Source of the DNA: Spirogloea muscicola
Taxonomy: Eukaryota
DNA: 62,025 nt
Assembly (NCBI GenBank): GCA_009602725.1
Contig: WELB01000005.1
Coordinates: 1,309,070-1,371,094 of the forward strand
Direction of reading: 5' to 3'
Shown here piece after piece: positions 17,041 through 30,115 of this stretch (positions within the stretch are counted from its first letter, which is position 1; every line of letters begins with the position of its first letter). The notes below the pieces were generated by a model. It saw only the letters and a list, made by a program, of their open reading frames with translations, ran no database searches and had not been told where the DNA came from. A program made the translations under genes and the position numbers.

Positions 17041-20000
17041 TCAATCCTCAGCATCTGTCTTCTTGCCCAGAATCGCTGTCTCTACATTCCGCAGAGTTCG
17101 CATTGTGGAGTTCGTCGACCTGCTGGCAACGTCACATGCAGACAGCGGTCTTCTGTCAAAGTTTGAATTGAAGGGGACGCGTTTAAGAGTACTGGTTTGG
17201 CTATTTCTTGCACAGGCATCTACCTTGTCTCTGCATCCTTGCAACACCGAAGCGAAGTACAACATCGAAAAGGTGCCAAGTTCAAGCTGGGAAAATGCCA
17301 GGCTTACCCCCTTACCTGGTACCGCCATGTCGCGGCAACAGCCGTGCAACCTCCACGGAGCCACGTGGTGGGCCAAAGCAGCAACAGAGGAGGCGCTGCA
17401 CACGGTGCGTCAAGGTCAATCTAAGAGCAGCACTACATGCAGCAGTGCCGCCCAATACGTGGAGACCACTGGTATGGCTATATTGGACGGTCAGCAATCA
17501 TAAACACAACTCCTTCCTTTCTGTTATTAGTCTGTTCGTTGTGACAAGCTTGGCAGGGCCTCCACAGGGAAACTCCCCAGCCTTGCAGCCACAAGAGCGA
17601 CCAAACCCCTTACCTGGGAGTTGTCACTCAAAAGAAGCTGCATGCCCCCGCAATTGCAGAAAGCGACTAACTGCTAAGAAAGAAATCTGGTCCTGAACTG
17701 TGATAAGCACGGTCTAAGGGCAGGTGCCAACCTTCGTCCTCCTGACACCACATATGGCGACCAGCAACACCACTGCAAACACCACAACCCCTGCAATAAT
17801 TGCTGCCATTGGGATGTCTCCAGCAGATGCTCCGCTTAGCACAAAGGTCGAGCACTTCTGGTCGAGTGGTGGACCGCAGAGCCCAGCATTGCCTGCAAAG
17901 CCTGAGGCAGGCAATGCGGCCAGCGCTGATGGTATCTCTCCTCTAAGGTTGTTGTATGAGACATTGAACCACTCAGAGCCATGCTGGAGGTTCCATGAAG
18001 CTGTTTAAGAACAAAGAATTATTTGAGTCACTAATTTAGGGGGTAAACATCTAACCCTAATCACAGCTGCATGCACAAAGGCTCCAGGGCTGAGATGCTG
18101 CTCGTCTGTTACCGCCTGCCTTGTTGTTCTTCTTACTTCGAGATTTCAAGCTATCATGCTTCAGAAGTGACAATGTTGACCAGCAAGAACCCATGGCAGT
18201 GGAGGTCACAACACCTAGGACGCTTCTCCGAAGGCATGACTTCGAGATACTCCACCACAATGAATTGCCTGACTAGCCAGAGAGAAGAGCAAGCAAAATG
18301 CTCCAAAGTAGAAGGGTTGACCTGGTATGTTGCCCGTCAGCATGTTGTGCGCTAAATCAAGTGCTTTCAGATTTGGAAGCTCTCCCAAAGCCTCAGGGAT
18401 GGCACCAGTCAGCTTGTTGTCATTCAATTGCAGGCCAGTGAGGCGGGTAAGCTTGCCAAGCTCTTGGGGTACCTCACCTGTCAACTGATTTCTGTCAAGG
18501 TATATGTACTCAAGGGAGTCGATGTAACCAAGATTAGGTGGTATGTCACCTGTGCACACAAAAGCACTTATTATCAGGCCACCATATTCCTGACTCAATG
18601 GAGGAATTCTAGTAACTTGCTCATCATCAGGTGTTTAGCTGTGGAGCTTTGTTCCACATTGCTGCTAGTGCTGCATTTCAGGTCTGGTCATAGGCCAGTA
18701 GCTACATGTTGGATACATGGGGCCTGGGAAGCATACCTGAAAGCTCGTTGTCAGAGAGCTGGAGGTCAACCAAGCTCTTGAGGCGGCCAAATTCTTCAGG
18801 TATGCTTCCCGAGAGCTTGTTTGAATAAAGATAGAGCAAGCTCAATTCTGCGCAATTGGCCAACTCCGAAGGAATCGGCCCACTCAAGTGGTTGCTGCCA
18901 ATCTCAAGCAACCTGAGTGCAGCAATGTTCCCCAGCTCTCTTGGAATGCGTCCTGCCGACAATATACAATTGCCAAAATGCATTTGCTTAGATATCACTA
19001 TGAAGAGTAGCAAAGGAAAGCTGAGTGAAAGTCAGGGGGGGACGGATACAAGAGAGACCAGACTCTGTGCAATTTCAGGATCCGACAGCACAGAAAGGTA
19101 GTGCTGCTATGACACCTGTGAGCTCGTTGACAGATAGATAAAGAGTGTCAAGCTGAGTTAAGCGTCCCAGCGACCGGGGTATTTCACCAGCTATCTGGTT
19201 GTAGCTGAACAGCAGCATGTCAAACTCTCAAAAGGTAGCTTGTAATGCAACAAGCTCTTACACATGGAAGGAGCAACTAAAGCACAGCCTCAGCAGCATT
19301 GCAGATCTGTTGTGTGTGCACCTAAGATACAAGCCAAGCATCAGAATCTTGAAGTGATGTAGCTGATACGTCAAACAGCTTTCCTTCACTAGTGCTTCCT
19401 ATCAGTGGTCAACCTACCTCAGGCGGATATCACTAAGACTCATGCTGTTTCCAAGCTCTGGAGGAAGTTCACCGCTTAAGCTGTTATTGAACAGGAGCAG
19501 AGTGTGGAGCGAGTTGCATCTTGCAAGCTCAGGGGGTATGGTCCCGGAGAGCTGATTGGAGCTGAGGTCCAGAAGATTCAGCGCCCCTAACTTTCCCAGC
19601 TGATTCAGTACAGCCACAAATGACAATTTGAGTGCTCAGGAATAATGCAGAGAACTCAGGCTTCCAATATGGCACCTACAAAGAGCTTGATATTGTCAGT
19701 GATCAGCATTGGTTGACTTTGCAGCTGAATCACAGGTCTCAATCCCTGTGTTTCCCACAAGTAAAATATGCAATTTCCAACATTTTGTAGAATGTAACAA
19801 GCAGCGCAAACGTGGATCAGAATCAATTCTGCAGTGAAATTCCGACGAGCTTACAACTGGGGGTATTGGCCCAGTGAGCCGATTGTTGGCTGCTGACAAA
19901 ATCTCCAGATTGTGTAGATGGCTTAGCTCAAGTGGAATGGACCCAGTCAGAAGATTTCCATCCAAGTGCAAATACTGCAGTCTCATCAGACTACCTAAGC

Positions 20001-22331
20001 TTGGTGGTATTTCTCCTCCCAAAAGATTTTGCGTAACTTGGAAGTCTTCAAGATTCTCACACTGACTCAAAGAGCTAGGTATACTACCTGCAGCCAAAAA
20101 TGACACACGCATTGTTAGGACTTGCTCGCAGCTGATCAGCACGACTGAACATATTGTAATCGCCACTCCTTACGTATTGCAGTCACTGAGCAGTTGCCTA
20201 TCTCAAATTGCCAATCTCACATACCGGTCAGCTGGTTTCCTGCAAGATATAAGACTTTCAGCTGGTTGAGGTTCTCAATATTCTCAGGAATCTCTCCAGT
20301 GAGGTAGTTCATCTGCAACTCTAAGTCCTCCAATTCCACGCATTCAAATAGCTCTGCACAGCCTCAGATGTCCACTAGTCATGCAATGAGCTGCTCCTCC
20401 AAGCAGAGGGCAGGTGTGCAAGGAAAGACGGACTCAGGCAATATTTCTGCGCTTCACTGAAGCAAGGGTCATGACTGGAGTTTATATGCTCCTCACTCAC
20501 CGATCGGTATGTTGCCTGTCAGCTGATTTCGCCAGAGGAGGAGGCTTTTCAAATCCTGCAGCTGCCCAAGCTCCACAGGTATCTCTCCCTCCAGATCGTT
20601 TGTGTCAAGGTCGAGGTGGAGAAGGCTGTGACAATTACCCAACTCGGGAGGGATATAGCCTGATTGGAAGAATCCACAATGCAACCGTGCTTGTTGTATG
20701 ATGGGAAAGTTGCAACAAGTCACATGAGTTTGTAACAAGATCAGACAGGACATGAACAAGTGGCATGGTAATTGAAGCAAATAGAACTTGTCCACCGTGT
20801 AATCAAGGAGAGTGATCTGTACCACTGAGCTGGTTGGTGTGAAGGTAAAGAGCCTTCATTTTATGCAGATCTCCCAGCTCCTTTGGTATTGTCCCTGTCA
20901 GGTTGTTCAGAGATAATTGCAGCTCCTGCTTGCCACAATACAATCAAGATTGTCATCAGCTGCCCAACATGCGCCAGGTTGAGGCGCAGTGACAACTGTC
21001 AGCAAAGAAGACAAAGACCTGGATGGCAGGATGCCATACAAAATGGCAGTGGCATGCGCCAGCATGATTGCAAAAAGCAACTCAGATGGCCGTCAGTAAT
21101 GACCTCAAGGTTATGGAGCCGGCCTAGCTCCTTGGGTATATTTCCGACCAAGCTATTGTTCTGCATGAACAAGTAGGTCAACCTCAAAAGGCTTGACAAT
21201 GAAGCAGGAATAGTTCCTCCCAGAAAATTGTCACCGAGATAGAGCCTCTTCATGCGCGTACAACCTCCTAGTGAGTGCGGTATTCCCCCTGCTCACAGGA
21301 AAGGTGTGCTTCAGTGCCAGCCCAACCAACCTGTGAAAGATGTATGCTAGACTGATTGCACTGCCACTAAAGTCTTGCAAACTTGCTTCAACTGATACTT
21401 GGAGAGCAAACCAGCAAGGGACACACGAGGAGAAAGAATGATTGAACTTGCCCTGAAATTTGTTATTCTGGAGTACCAGATACTGTAACTCGCTGAGGTG
21501 GCCAAAGCTGGCAGGTATTACACCCCCGAGGGAGTTGTTTGCCAGGTTCAGACTCTGCAGCGTAGTAAGCTCCCCAATCCTCGGTGATATGCTGCATAGA
21601 CCCAATCAAGATCATGCTAAGAGTGCTTACGGATGGAACATAGTTGCAAATCAGGCATTGCAGTGCTCCTCATCAGGAACTAATAATTTGTCAAAAATGA
21701 TATCGGGTGCAAGCTCTAGGGCAACTTCATGCACACGGACAGTGAGCACTGTGCATTCACAGACCTCCCTTCGAGGTCTGCACTATTGAGGTCAATCTTG
21801 ACGACCTGCCCATGACGATTGCACGTTATGCCAAACCACCTGCCAAATGCCGCGCAGGCGAGGGACCATACTCAGAGGCAAGTGTCCATTGTGGTAACTT
21901 ATTGAGGAGCATTGCAGTAGTGTTGTTCTGTATGCATGATGTTCCAGACAGCTCAAGAGCTGCACATGTGCTAGGTCCAGCACATTCAAAAGCGATCCTC
22001 CTTTCTATCAAGGACGACAACTCACGGGGGTGTGCAGGGGCTCGAAGCCGACTCTGTCCAGTCATCGAGTAGGCCTGGCGGACTCTTCAGGGTCCGCTGC
22101 AAGAGCGCACGGGCGAACATGGTTGATCAGCCTCCGGCACACGTCCATCAAGACGAGCTTGCAAGTATGGAGGACGCCATACTAGCAAGCGCCCTGTCCG
22201 TTGTTCACCTTGACCTCGAGCAGGACGATGCCGTCGGGCGTGAGGCCGTGCATGCAGGGCCACAAGGAGCAGCAGCATGCGGCGGCCAGCAGGATGGCCG
22301 CCGCTGCACGGAGGCCCCGCGCGGGCCTCAT
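17041..22331 (-). CDS. LRR receptor-like protein: signal peptide, LRRNT, about 20 LRRs, TM helix, short cytoplasmic tail, no kinase
   Basis: MRPARGLRAAAAILLAAACCCSLWPCMHGLTPDGIVLLEVK, then DDWTESASSPC..WFGITC, many LxxLxLxxNxLxGxIPxxLG repeats in short exons, FAGNAGLCGPPL..C and the TM IIAGVVVFAVVLLVAICGV-RRTK. The gene ends either at 17714 (unspliced) or, via exons RLLCCCFG... and GCRDK...TDAED*, at 17041. Confidence 0.88.
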
Positions 22332-22811
22332 CGCCGCGCCCGCAGCCGCGCGGCGGCTCTCACGGCCGCCCTCGCATTCGGGCGGCGACGCTTCGGAGAT
22401 GTCGCGGCCAGACCGCCTCCGGCCGCCCCGGCGACCGGCGAGAGAAGAGGGGAGCTGCTCCTGGCGCGTCTCAGCTCTGCCTCCGGCGAAAGCGGCAGAT
22501 TCCGCGGCTTGCTGAGCGGCGGCGGCGGCGGCGGCAGCGGCGGCGGCGGCGCGGCGGNGATCGCAATGGAACGGGCGCTCTTTTCCCCGCCGAGTGGATT
22601 TGGAGACGGACCGTTGAGCCCGGGAGGATGACAAATATCTGAGGGATGCCGGATTATGGACAAGCGCGGCTGGGAGGGCTGGGAGCTCGGGGCCACGGAA
22701 AGAATAAGCGCCCCGCTAGGATCGGCGGCGCCCGCGGTCGGTCAGCTCGACGGGGAGGGAAGTCCCCATCGGGCGGCCGCTGCTAGCCCTGTGTCTTGGT
22801 TTGACCACCCG

Positions 22812-23800
22812 CAGAAAGAAGCAAGCGCGGCCAGATCAACTGGTGGCTGGGAGAGGCCAGCCCAAAGGAATGGACAAGGTCTGAAGGAGCCGGAGTGCTA
22901 AGGACTGAGACAGCAGCAAGCGAACTCTCAGAAACCTCTAGTCAGTAGATGCAGGTCTGAATAGCTAGCAGGCGGAAAGATGTCGCCCTAATGGAAGCCG
23001 GAGGCCGCCGCCAAAGCGCGGCCTGCGCGCAAGTGGACCGCGAAGGCAAGGGACCGCTGCAAAGAGATGGCCAAGCGCATCCGGAAGACTTGGGCGAAAG
23101 ACTGTCTCGCTTTTAACGTTCACATGCTCTTTGTGGACGGCGTGTAAGAAGAAGAGCTCTGCCGGAAAGATATGAGGCCTTTTGAGTTATATGCATTCTT
23201 TTTCTGGGCTGGCTATTCGGCAGCTAGTCTGTCGCATTTGAGGCTCCTCACTCGTAGCTTCTGAGTGGTCCATCCTCCACCCGTTCTGCCATAGCGTTTT
23301 AGGCTCCGACGGCTGGCTGGCTTTTCACAGCCCTTGCCCCCATTGAGAGTGCCACTTCTTCATGAGGCTCCGTCATTTGGCCCCTTCCCACCTTTGTCAA
23401 TTCTTCTCGGGCTGGCTTTTCACAGCCCTTCCCCCCATTGTGAGAGCCACTTCTCTGTATGCACCTGGCTAATCACAGCCCATGCCTCGACTGGAAGAGT
23501 TCTCTTGCTAAGGCGCGCGATGCACATGGTATGCAAGGGAGGCCTATTCTAACCAATACACTGTTCAGGCAAAAGCTAGTGAAGAAAAGGAAGACTCCTC
23601 CAGCAGGGGGCGATGTGATTGGCTAGTGCAAAACGTGGGGCTACAATAAACGAAGCCCTATGCTAAGGTGGCTAAGGTAACAGAGTGATGTTAGCACCCA
23701 CGAGTAAGTAAAACAATCTCGACAGGATAATTTGGGGAACAGGAGGACCTCCACGGGAAGGAGGCGGTGGCTGTGAAAGGCCAGCCCCAAAAGAGTGGAC
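22812..23800. mobile_element. Cluster 3: family A (minus, ~22820-23095) plus degenerate B-type and other 3' ends upstream of the LRR gene
   Basis: The minus strand reads FAQVFRMRLAISLQRSLAFAVHLRAGRALAAASGFH*GDIFPPASYSDLHLLTRGF*. Candidate TSD GAAAGA at 22814-22819 and 23096-23101. B-type UTR pieces lie at ~23200-23480. Confidence 0.75.
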
Positions 23801-23899
23801 AACTTCAAGGAAGCTTATTCACATAGTACAGTGCAGACAGCTGTTTCCTTTGTCATCTTCGTGCTCTCTCGTGTAAGACTTTGTCAGCACTCTTGCACA

Positions 23900-26232
23900 A
23901 ACAGCTGTTTGAGTAGAGATAGAGCAGGCTCAGTTCTGCACAAGTCGCCAACTCTGAAGGAGTTGGCTCACTCAAATGGTTGCTGCCGATCTCAAGCAAG
24001 CTGGGTGCAGCAATGCTTCCTAGGTCTCGTAGAATCCGTCCTGCTAGCATGTTACAACTTCCACAATGCATTTGCTTAGATCCCATCATCTATCAACAGT
24101 AGCAAAGGAAAGGTGAGTGAAAGTCAGGGGTGAGGGACACAAGACAAGTCAGAGTCTGTGCACTTTCAGGATCCAACAGCTCAGAAAAGAGGACTTTCCC
24201 AATAGAGGGTGATGGCTGTGATTGGCCAGCCCAGAATGAATAAAGTTCGAAGGGGCCAGAAAAGCGCTGAAGCACACAGCAACTTAAGTGGCCGCCGGGT
24301 GCTCCATATCCCCTGCTGAGCAGCCGCGTAGAAAAGCACAGCACAGACAAGCAGTGCTGCTTTGATACCTGTGAGCACATCGACAGATAGATAGAGAGTG
24401 TCAAGGTCAGTCAAGCGTCCCAGCTACAAGGGAATGACACCAGCTATCTAGTTGTGACTGAACAGCAGCATGTCAAACTTTCAGAAGGTAGCTTCTTTTT
24501 GCGACAAGCTTTTACACGTGAAAGGAGCAACTAAACCACAGCCTCAGCCTCGGATCTGTTGTGTGTGCACCTAAGTTGAGCTCAAGCAAAATAATTGAAG
24601 TGATGTAGCTGATAGGCTACAAACAGCTTCACTAGTGCTCCCTCTCAGTGGTCAACTTACCTCAGGCCGATATCAAAGAATGTTGCTGTATCCAAGCTCT
24701 GGAGCAAGTTCACCGCTTAAGCTGTTATTGAACAGGAGCAGAGTGTGGAGCGAGTTGCATCTTGCAAGCTCAGGGGGTATGGTCCCGGAGAGCTGATTGG
24801 AGCTGAGGTCCAGAAGAGTCAGCTGCCCTAGCTTTGCCAGCTGATGCAACACAGCCACAAATGACAAGTTAGGTGCTAAGGAATAATGCAGAGGGCTCAG
24901 GCTTCCAATATGGCACCTACAAAAAGCTTGATGATGTCAGTAATCAACATTGATTGACTGTGCAGCTGAGCCACAATCTTCCAATCCCTAGGATTCTCTC
25001 AAGTTAGTATGTCGTTTCCAACATTTGTAGAATGTGACAAGCAGCGCACATGTGGATCAACCTTTAAACACTGCAGTGGCAGTACGAGAAGCTTACAACT
25101 GGGGGTATGGGCCCGGTCAGCCGACTGTTGGCTGCTGACAGAATCTCCGGATTGTGTAGATTGCTTAGCTCAAGTGGAATGGACCCAGTCAGTTGATTCC
25201 CATCCAAGTGCAAGAACTGCAGTCTCATCAGACCACCTAAGATTGGTGGTATTTCTCCTCCCAAGAGGTTTTGCGAAACTTGGAAATCTTCAAGATTCTC
25301 ACACTGACTCAAAGAGCTGGGTATACCACCTGCAGCCAGCAATACACAACATTGTTAGGAATTGATCGCAAATCATCTCAACGTTTAGGTTACATTGTGG
25401 TCGCTAATCAGTTTGTATTGCAGTCCCTGAGCAGTCTCACATACTAGTCAGCTTGCAGGTTTCCTGCAAGATATAAGACTCTCAGCTGATTGAGGTTCTT
25501 AATATCCTAAGGAATTTCTCCAGTGAGGTGATTCATCTGCAACTCCAAGTCCTCCAGTTCCACGCATTCAAATAGCTCTGCACAGCCTCACATGTCCACT
25601 TGTTTATGCACTGAGCTGCTCCGCCAAGCAGTGGGCAGGTATTTGAGGAAAGAGACGAAGTTCAGTCACTCTCTCTGCGTTTCAATGAAGCAAAGGGTCA
25701 TGACTGATGTTGATATGCTCCTCACCAACCGGTATGCTGCCTGTCAGCTGATTTTGATAGAGAAGGAGGCTTCTCAGATTTTGCAGCTGCCCAAGCTCCA
25801 CAGGTATCTCTCCCTCCAGATTGTCTGTGTCAAGGTCGAGGTGGCGAAGGCTGTGACAATGACCCAACTCGGAAGGTATGGAGCCTGATTGCAACAATGC
25901 AACCTTGCTTTTATGGTAGGAAGTTGCGACAAATCACGTGAAACCTTTGATAAGATCAGACAGGACACAAGCAAGCCGCATGGTGATTGAAGCGAATTGA
26001 GATTGTCCACCATATAATCAAGGAGCCACTGTGATCTGTACCGCTGAGCTGTTGGTGTGAAGGTAAAGAGCCTTCATTTTATGCAGATCTCCCAGTCCCC
26101 TTGGTATTGTCCCTGTGAGGTTGTTCAGGGATAACTGCAGCTCCTGCTTGCCACAATTTAATCAAGAATGTCATCAGCTGCACAACATGCGCCAGGTGGA
26201 TGCGCAGTGACAAATTTCAGCAAAGAAGACCT
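23900..26232 (-). pseudogene. Decayed partial tandem duplicate of the LRR gene (internal exons and introns only)
   Basis: Collinear with ~18820-21015, including introns. Lesions include a 1-nt deletion near 26050, an indel near 24675, an in-frame TAG near 24448 and a retroelement insertion. It lacks the signal-peptide/LRRNT exons and the TM exon. Confidence 0.85.
24186..24337 (-). mobile_element. Family E 3'-end insertion (152 bp) in an intron of the LRR pseudogene
   Basis: Flanked by ACAGCTCAGA (24176-24185) and ACAGCACAGA (24338-24347). The paralogous intron has a single ACAGCACAGA (19085-19094), i.e. an empty site. Confidence 0.85.
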
Positions 26233-26439
26233 TGAAGATGACGCCTCAGCTGGATGCCGGGCTGCAGGCAAGCGCGGCTGGAAGGTGCCGGGAGCTCGGG
26301 GCAGCGGAAAGAATATGCGATCCGCTTGGATCGGCGGCGCCCGCGGTCAGCCCAACGGAGACGGAAGTCCCCGCCGGGCGGCCGGTGCTTGCCTCGTGCT
26401 CTTCGTTTGACCACCCGCGGAGGTTCGCAACAAACAGAG

Positions 26440-26970
26440 GTCACCGAGTGCTTCGTGGCCATTCCTTTGGGCTGGCCTCTCACAGCTACTGCTGTCACGT
26501 TGAAAGCGCTGTTTCTCTTCGTGACTGCTTGATTCTCTGTGTACTGTGTTCAGAGCTTTCTCTGCCCCCTTCGACCTTTGCTCATTCTTTAATTTGTTCT
26601 GGCTGGCCTCGCACAGCCACCGCCCTCTAATGAAGCGTCTTCTTCCGCAGAACGACAGTTGTCGCGCTTGAGTTGTTGGCTTGCCTCGTTTGGACGGCGT
26701 GCAAGTGAAAGAGCTCGTCCGGAAAGAGAGAAGGCGCGCTTTGCGCATCAAATGAAGGGGAGGCCGAAATAAGCCAATGCACTGTTCAGGCAAAAGCTAG
26801 TGAAAAGTGGGGCTACATCAAACGAAGCGCTACTGCTAAGGTGGCTAAGGTAACAGTGTGACATCGGCACTCACGAGTGAGCATGTACAGATCCGACAAG
26901 CTAACTTAGGGGAGCCGGAGCAACGCCATAAAACGGAGGCGGTAGCTGTGAAAGGCCAGCCCCAAAAGAA
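26440..26970. mobile_element. Cluster 4: older degenerate retroelement 3' ends in the duplicated upstream region
   Basis: TTTGGGCTGGCCTCTCACAGC near 26466, TCTGGCTGGCCTCGCACAGCC near 26600 and a minus-strand copy near 26945-26965. Confidence 0.55.
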
Positions 26971-27690
26971 TGACAACTTCGAGGGAAATGCCTACTCACA
27001 GAGTGTTTGGCAGACAGCAAACGCTTTTTCCTGTCATCTTTAAGCTCTCCCTTGTTTGATACTTTGGCACCACTCTTGCAAAACGGCTGCACCATCACTC
27101 CAGGTCGGATCACTAAGGCTTGCTCCAGGTCATCTAGCTGATATGTATACAGCAACTCCTGCAAGACGGCTGTGTAGCATCTCTGAGGTCCCCACCCCAC
27201 GGCATGCTCCATGTCCCTTTGTCAGGTGTTATGAAGCTTCGTCGAGCAGAGGGCTTGGCTGCTTCCAGGAAGCCCCAGCTTAACGTGTGCGCAGTCCATG
27301 AAGTGATAAAGTAGCGAATGCCCTTGGCGACGATAACCCAAGAACTGCTGCTTCATGATGTCCACTTTTGACTTGGCACACGGGTCTTGTATGTCCTATA
27401 TGATTTCCATTTCCATACACTCTAAACTACACCCGCTCACATCTTTTGCTAGCATCACCGGAAATTATACAGACTGTAACACTTGACATGCATGGGACAG
27501 ATCAATAGGATGGAGGCCGGAGCATTCAAGACCGCAGACCTGTGTATTCACAACTCCTTTTAGGCAAGTCTGCATGCATTCACTATCACTCGTGCGATAG
27601 TTGAGTGTGCATGACTGAGACAAGTGTTTTGGAACTTGGTCAGATGGTTTGCTGACGAGGCAAGAATAGCTTGGAATACAGTAGGAGCTG

Positions 27691-29242
27691 TCATTGCTCT
27701 GATGCAGACGGCCCTTTCTTGGCAGCCTCAGCTGCTGCCTTCTCTTCCTCAATGCCCAACACCATGGCCTCCACTTCCTCCTCGGTCAAGATCTTTAGGC
27801 CCTGCTCCTTGGTCATCACCGCAACTTCAATTGTCTTCCCGCCACTTTCCACAACCTGATGCACACATGACCAAGTGTGTGTCAAGCTAGTCAAATTGGG
27901 ACTAAAACAAAGGAGCAAGAGTGAAGACAGTAAGCACACAGCTGTTGGGGACTACAATAATCAACACCTGGGCCAACAGAGAGGTCATGGATAGCCTGCA
28001 TAGCAGTCAAGGGCTACATCCATGGAAAAATCTGTGCAACTAATATTGACCAGAATTTGTGGACATATGCAATCCGCCAACAACGTGAAAGGCAATTATA
28101 CCTCAAGAAGAGCTCGCACTGCAAGCTTGATGGTCTCCTCCCCAGATGTTTCAGTATAGTTCTTCTCAAGATACTCCCTGACTGTCTTGGAGTTGCGGCC
28201 TGTGGCATTTGCCTTCCAGGCTGAGAAAGTGCCAGATGGGTCAGTCTGGTAGAGCGCAGGCGTATGTGTGTGTGGGTCGAAACCGACGATGAGCGTTGAT
28301 ATGCCAAACGGGCGAACACCACCACTCTGAAGAAAGCAGAAGTGGACATTTGAGATATGTCGGAAGGCACTCATCACTGTAAGTAACAGTCCTTTGCATA
28401 ACAACATAGTTGGAAGCAAAAAAGACACTTCATTCAAATAGAAATGAGTATTTCACCTGGGTATATTTTTGCTGAACACCAGCTATATATCGTGTGATGT
28501 ACTCCACTGTGACAGGATCCTCGACTGTCAGCCTGTGGCTCTGGCACTCAATGCGAGCACGATTGACTAGCACTCGTGCATCGGCTGTCAGCCCAGCAAA
28601 TGCTAGGCACACGTGCTCGTCAAGCTTGTGAATTTTGCGCACAGTCCTGCAGGCCGTGTCATGAATGTAAGAGTCAAGGGGGCCGTTCACAAACAAAAGT
28701 AGCGAGAGTGTACTCGCTCCATTTCTTTGTGCCGGCCAGCACAAATTTCATAGGCTGCTTCTTCACACCAAGCCCACAAGCCAACCTAGGAATGCTCCAG
28801 ATTGCAACTGGCAGGGGCTGAGATAGGACCACGCTTGTCTCGTAAAGGGAGATCCTGACACGCTGCCCGTCATGTGTGCCTTTCTAACGACCTGCGAAGT
28901 GCCTAGCTGACCTGGAGTCTTGCAGCTTCACAGTGGACTTCTTTTCCACGCCAAGGACGATGTTGTCCACGCCCCTGACTCCGACGGCGGTCGTGCCCTT
29001 GCGCACCGCTTCCAATGCATACTCCACCTGTGATACAGACCCCTTTCTATGAAAACCGAGGTTCTGGAAGCTGGCTACGCGGACAACCGCAAACCCAACT
29101 GCAGGTTCGCGAAAGCTCGACCTGAAGTTAAGCGTTCGCCTGCAAGGGGTCTTCGACGGCAAGGGTGGCATGAAAGCGCACGCACTTGAAAGAGGTGGCC
29201 GTCAGGGGAGAAGACGGTGATGGCGCGGTCATAGCGAGCCAT
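27691..29242 (-). CDS. PAD1: 20S proteasome subunit alpha type-7 (alpha4)
   Basis: Exons give [109 protein letters not shown] and [17 protein letters not shown]...SEQ*. Confidence 0.97.
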
Positions 29243-29550
29243 GCCGAAGCGCCGTTCGGCACTGATGGGGCTGCCGTCACGGGATCATGGGCAGGAGGCG
29301 ACAACGGCGGCGGCGGCGGCGGCCGCCAGTACGAAGCCGAGAGCCCGGCGGGCCCTCGCAAGGGTCGGTCACGGAGGCTGCTGGGCACTTGATTGGGCTC
29401 CCACAAAGCAAAACGGCGGCACCGTCAGCCTTCTAAGGGCCACCAGAACCTGCTGCAGCAAAGCTGGGCTTGTCTATAAGGAGCTCGGCTTCCACGGCGG
29501 CGGTGGCAGCGGCGGCGGCGGCTACTGGCGTGGACGGAAATGGCACTGCG

Positions 29551-29572
29551 ACGTGGGGTTTAGGGTTTAGGG
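29551..29572. promoter_or_regulatory. Double telo-box (TTTAGGG x2) in the divergent PAD1/Serinc promoter region
   Basis: TTTAGGG at 29559-29565 and 29566-29572, preceded by ACGTGG. A site II-like TGGGCT lies near 29394. Telo-box plus site II is an established plant promoter module. Confidence 0.5.
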
Positions 29573-30000
29573 GATGGAGGGGTGGGGGGGTTTTGGGGCG
29601 TCCCTTGGAGGTCTGCTAACTGGGGGTGTCTGCGTTATCGCAGCACCACCGTGAGTGGAAGACCCCGTTACCTCATTTCATGGTGTTGGGGAGGACTGGC
29701 GCCGTCGGATAAGACTATGGCGGTAACCGGGCTGCAACTCATGGTACGGACGGCCACGATGAGCCACCTTCCCGGACCCGGCCCGGGCCGGCGGGCGGGT
29801 GGAAGCTGCCGCAACGGTCGGGTCGGCGATGAGGGGGGCGCTTCGCCGACCACGGCACATCAAAAGGGAGCCCGATTTTACAGGACTGATGTGACAGTGG
29901 AGAGGGTGGAGGCCAGCCCCCTCGCCTGGAGGAGGGAGGGCGGAGGAGAGGGGAGCCCGCGCCCGGTCCGGATGCGAAGACCAGGCCTCACAAGTCTGGC

Positions 30001-30043
<43 letters not shown>
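30001..30043 (+). repeat. (CCG)n microsatellite, representative of many GGC/CCG runs near gene starts
   Basis: About 14 CCG units. Similar runs occur at ~7553, 8407, 11320, 15304, 15618, 22517, 41832, 43940 and 58212. Confidence 0.9.
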
Positions 30044-30115
30044 NCGTTGCCGCCGCCGCCGTTTCCGGCATCAATTTTAGTCTTAAGAGGCGCGGACGTT
30101 GTCTATATCGAGCGA

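Noticed and set aside
26901..27300. Exon-like minus-strand segment (ELLYTYQLDDLEQALVIRPG...)
   Set aside because: No recognisable family and no complete gene model; possibly a gene remnant.
29559..29572. Interstitial telomere or chromosome-fusion scar
   Set aside because: Only two units, located in a promoter; a telo-box is the simpler explanation.
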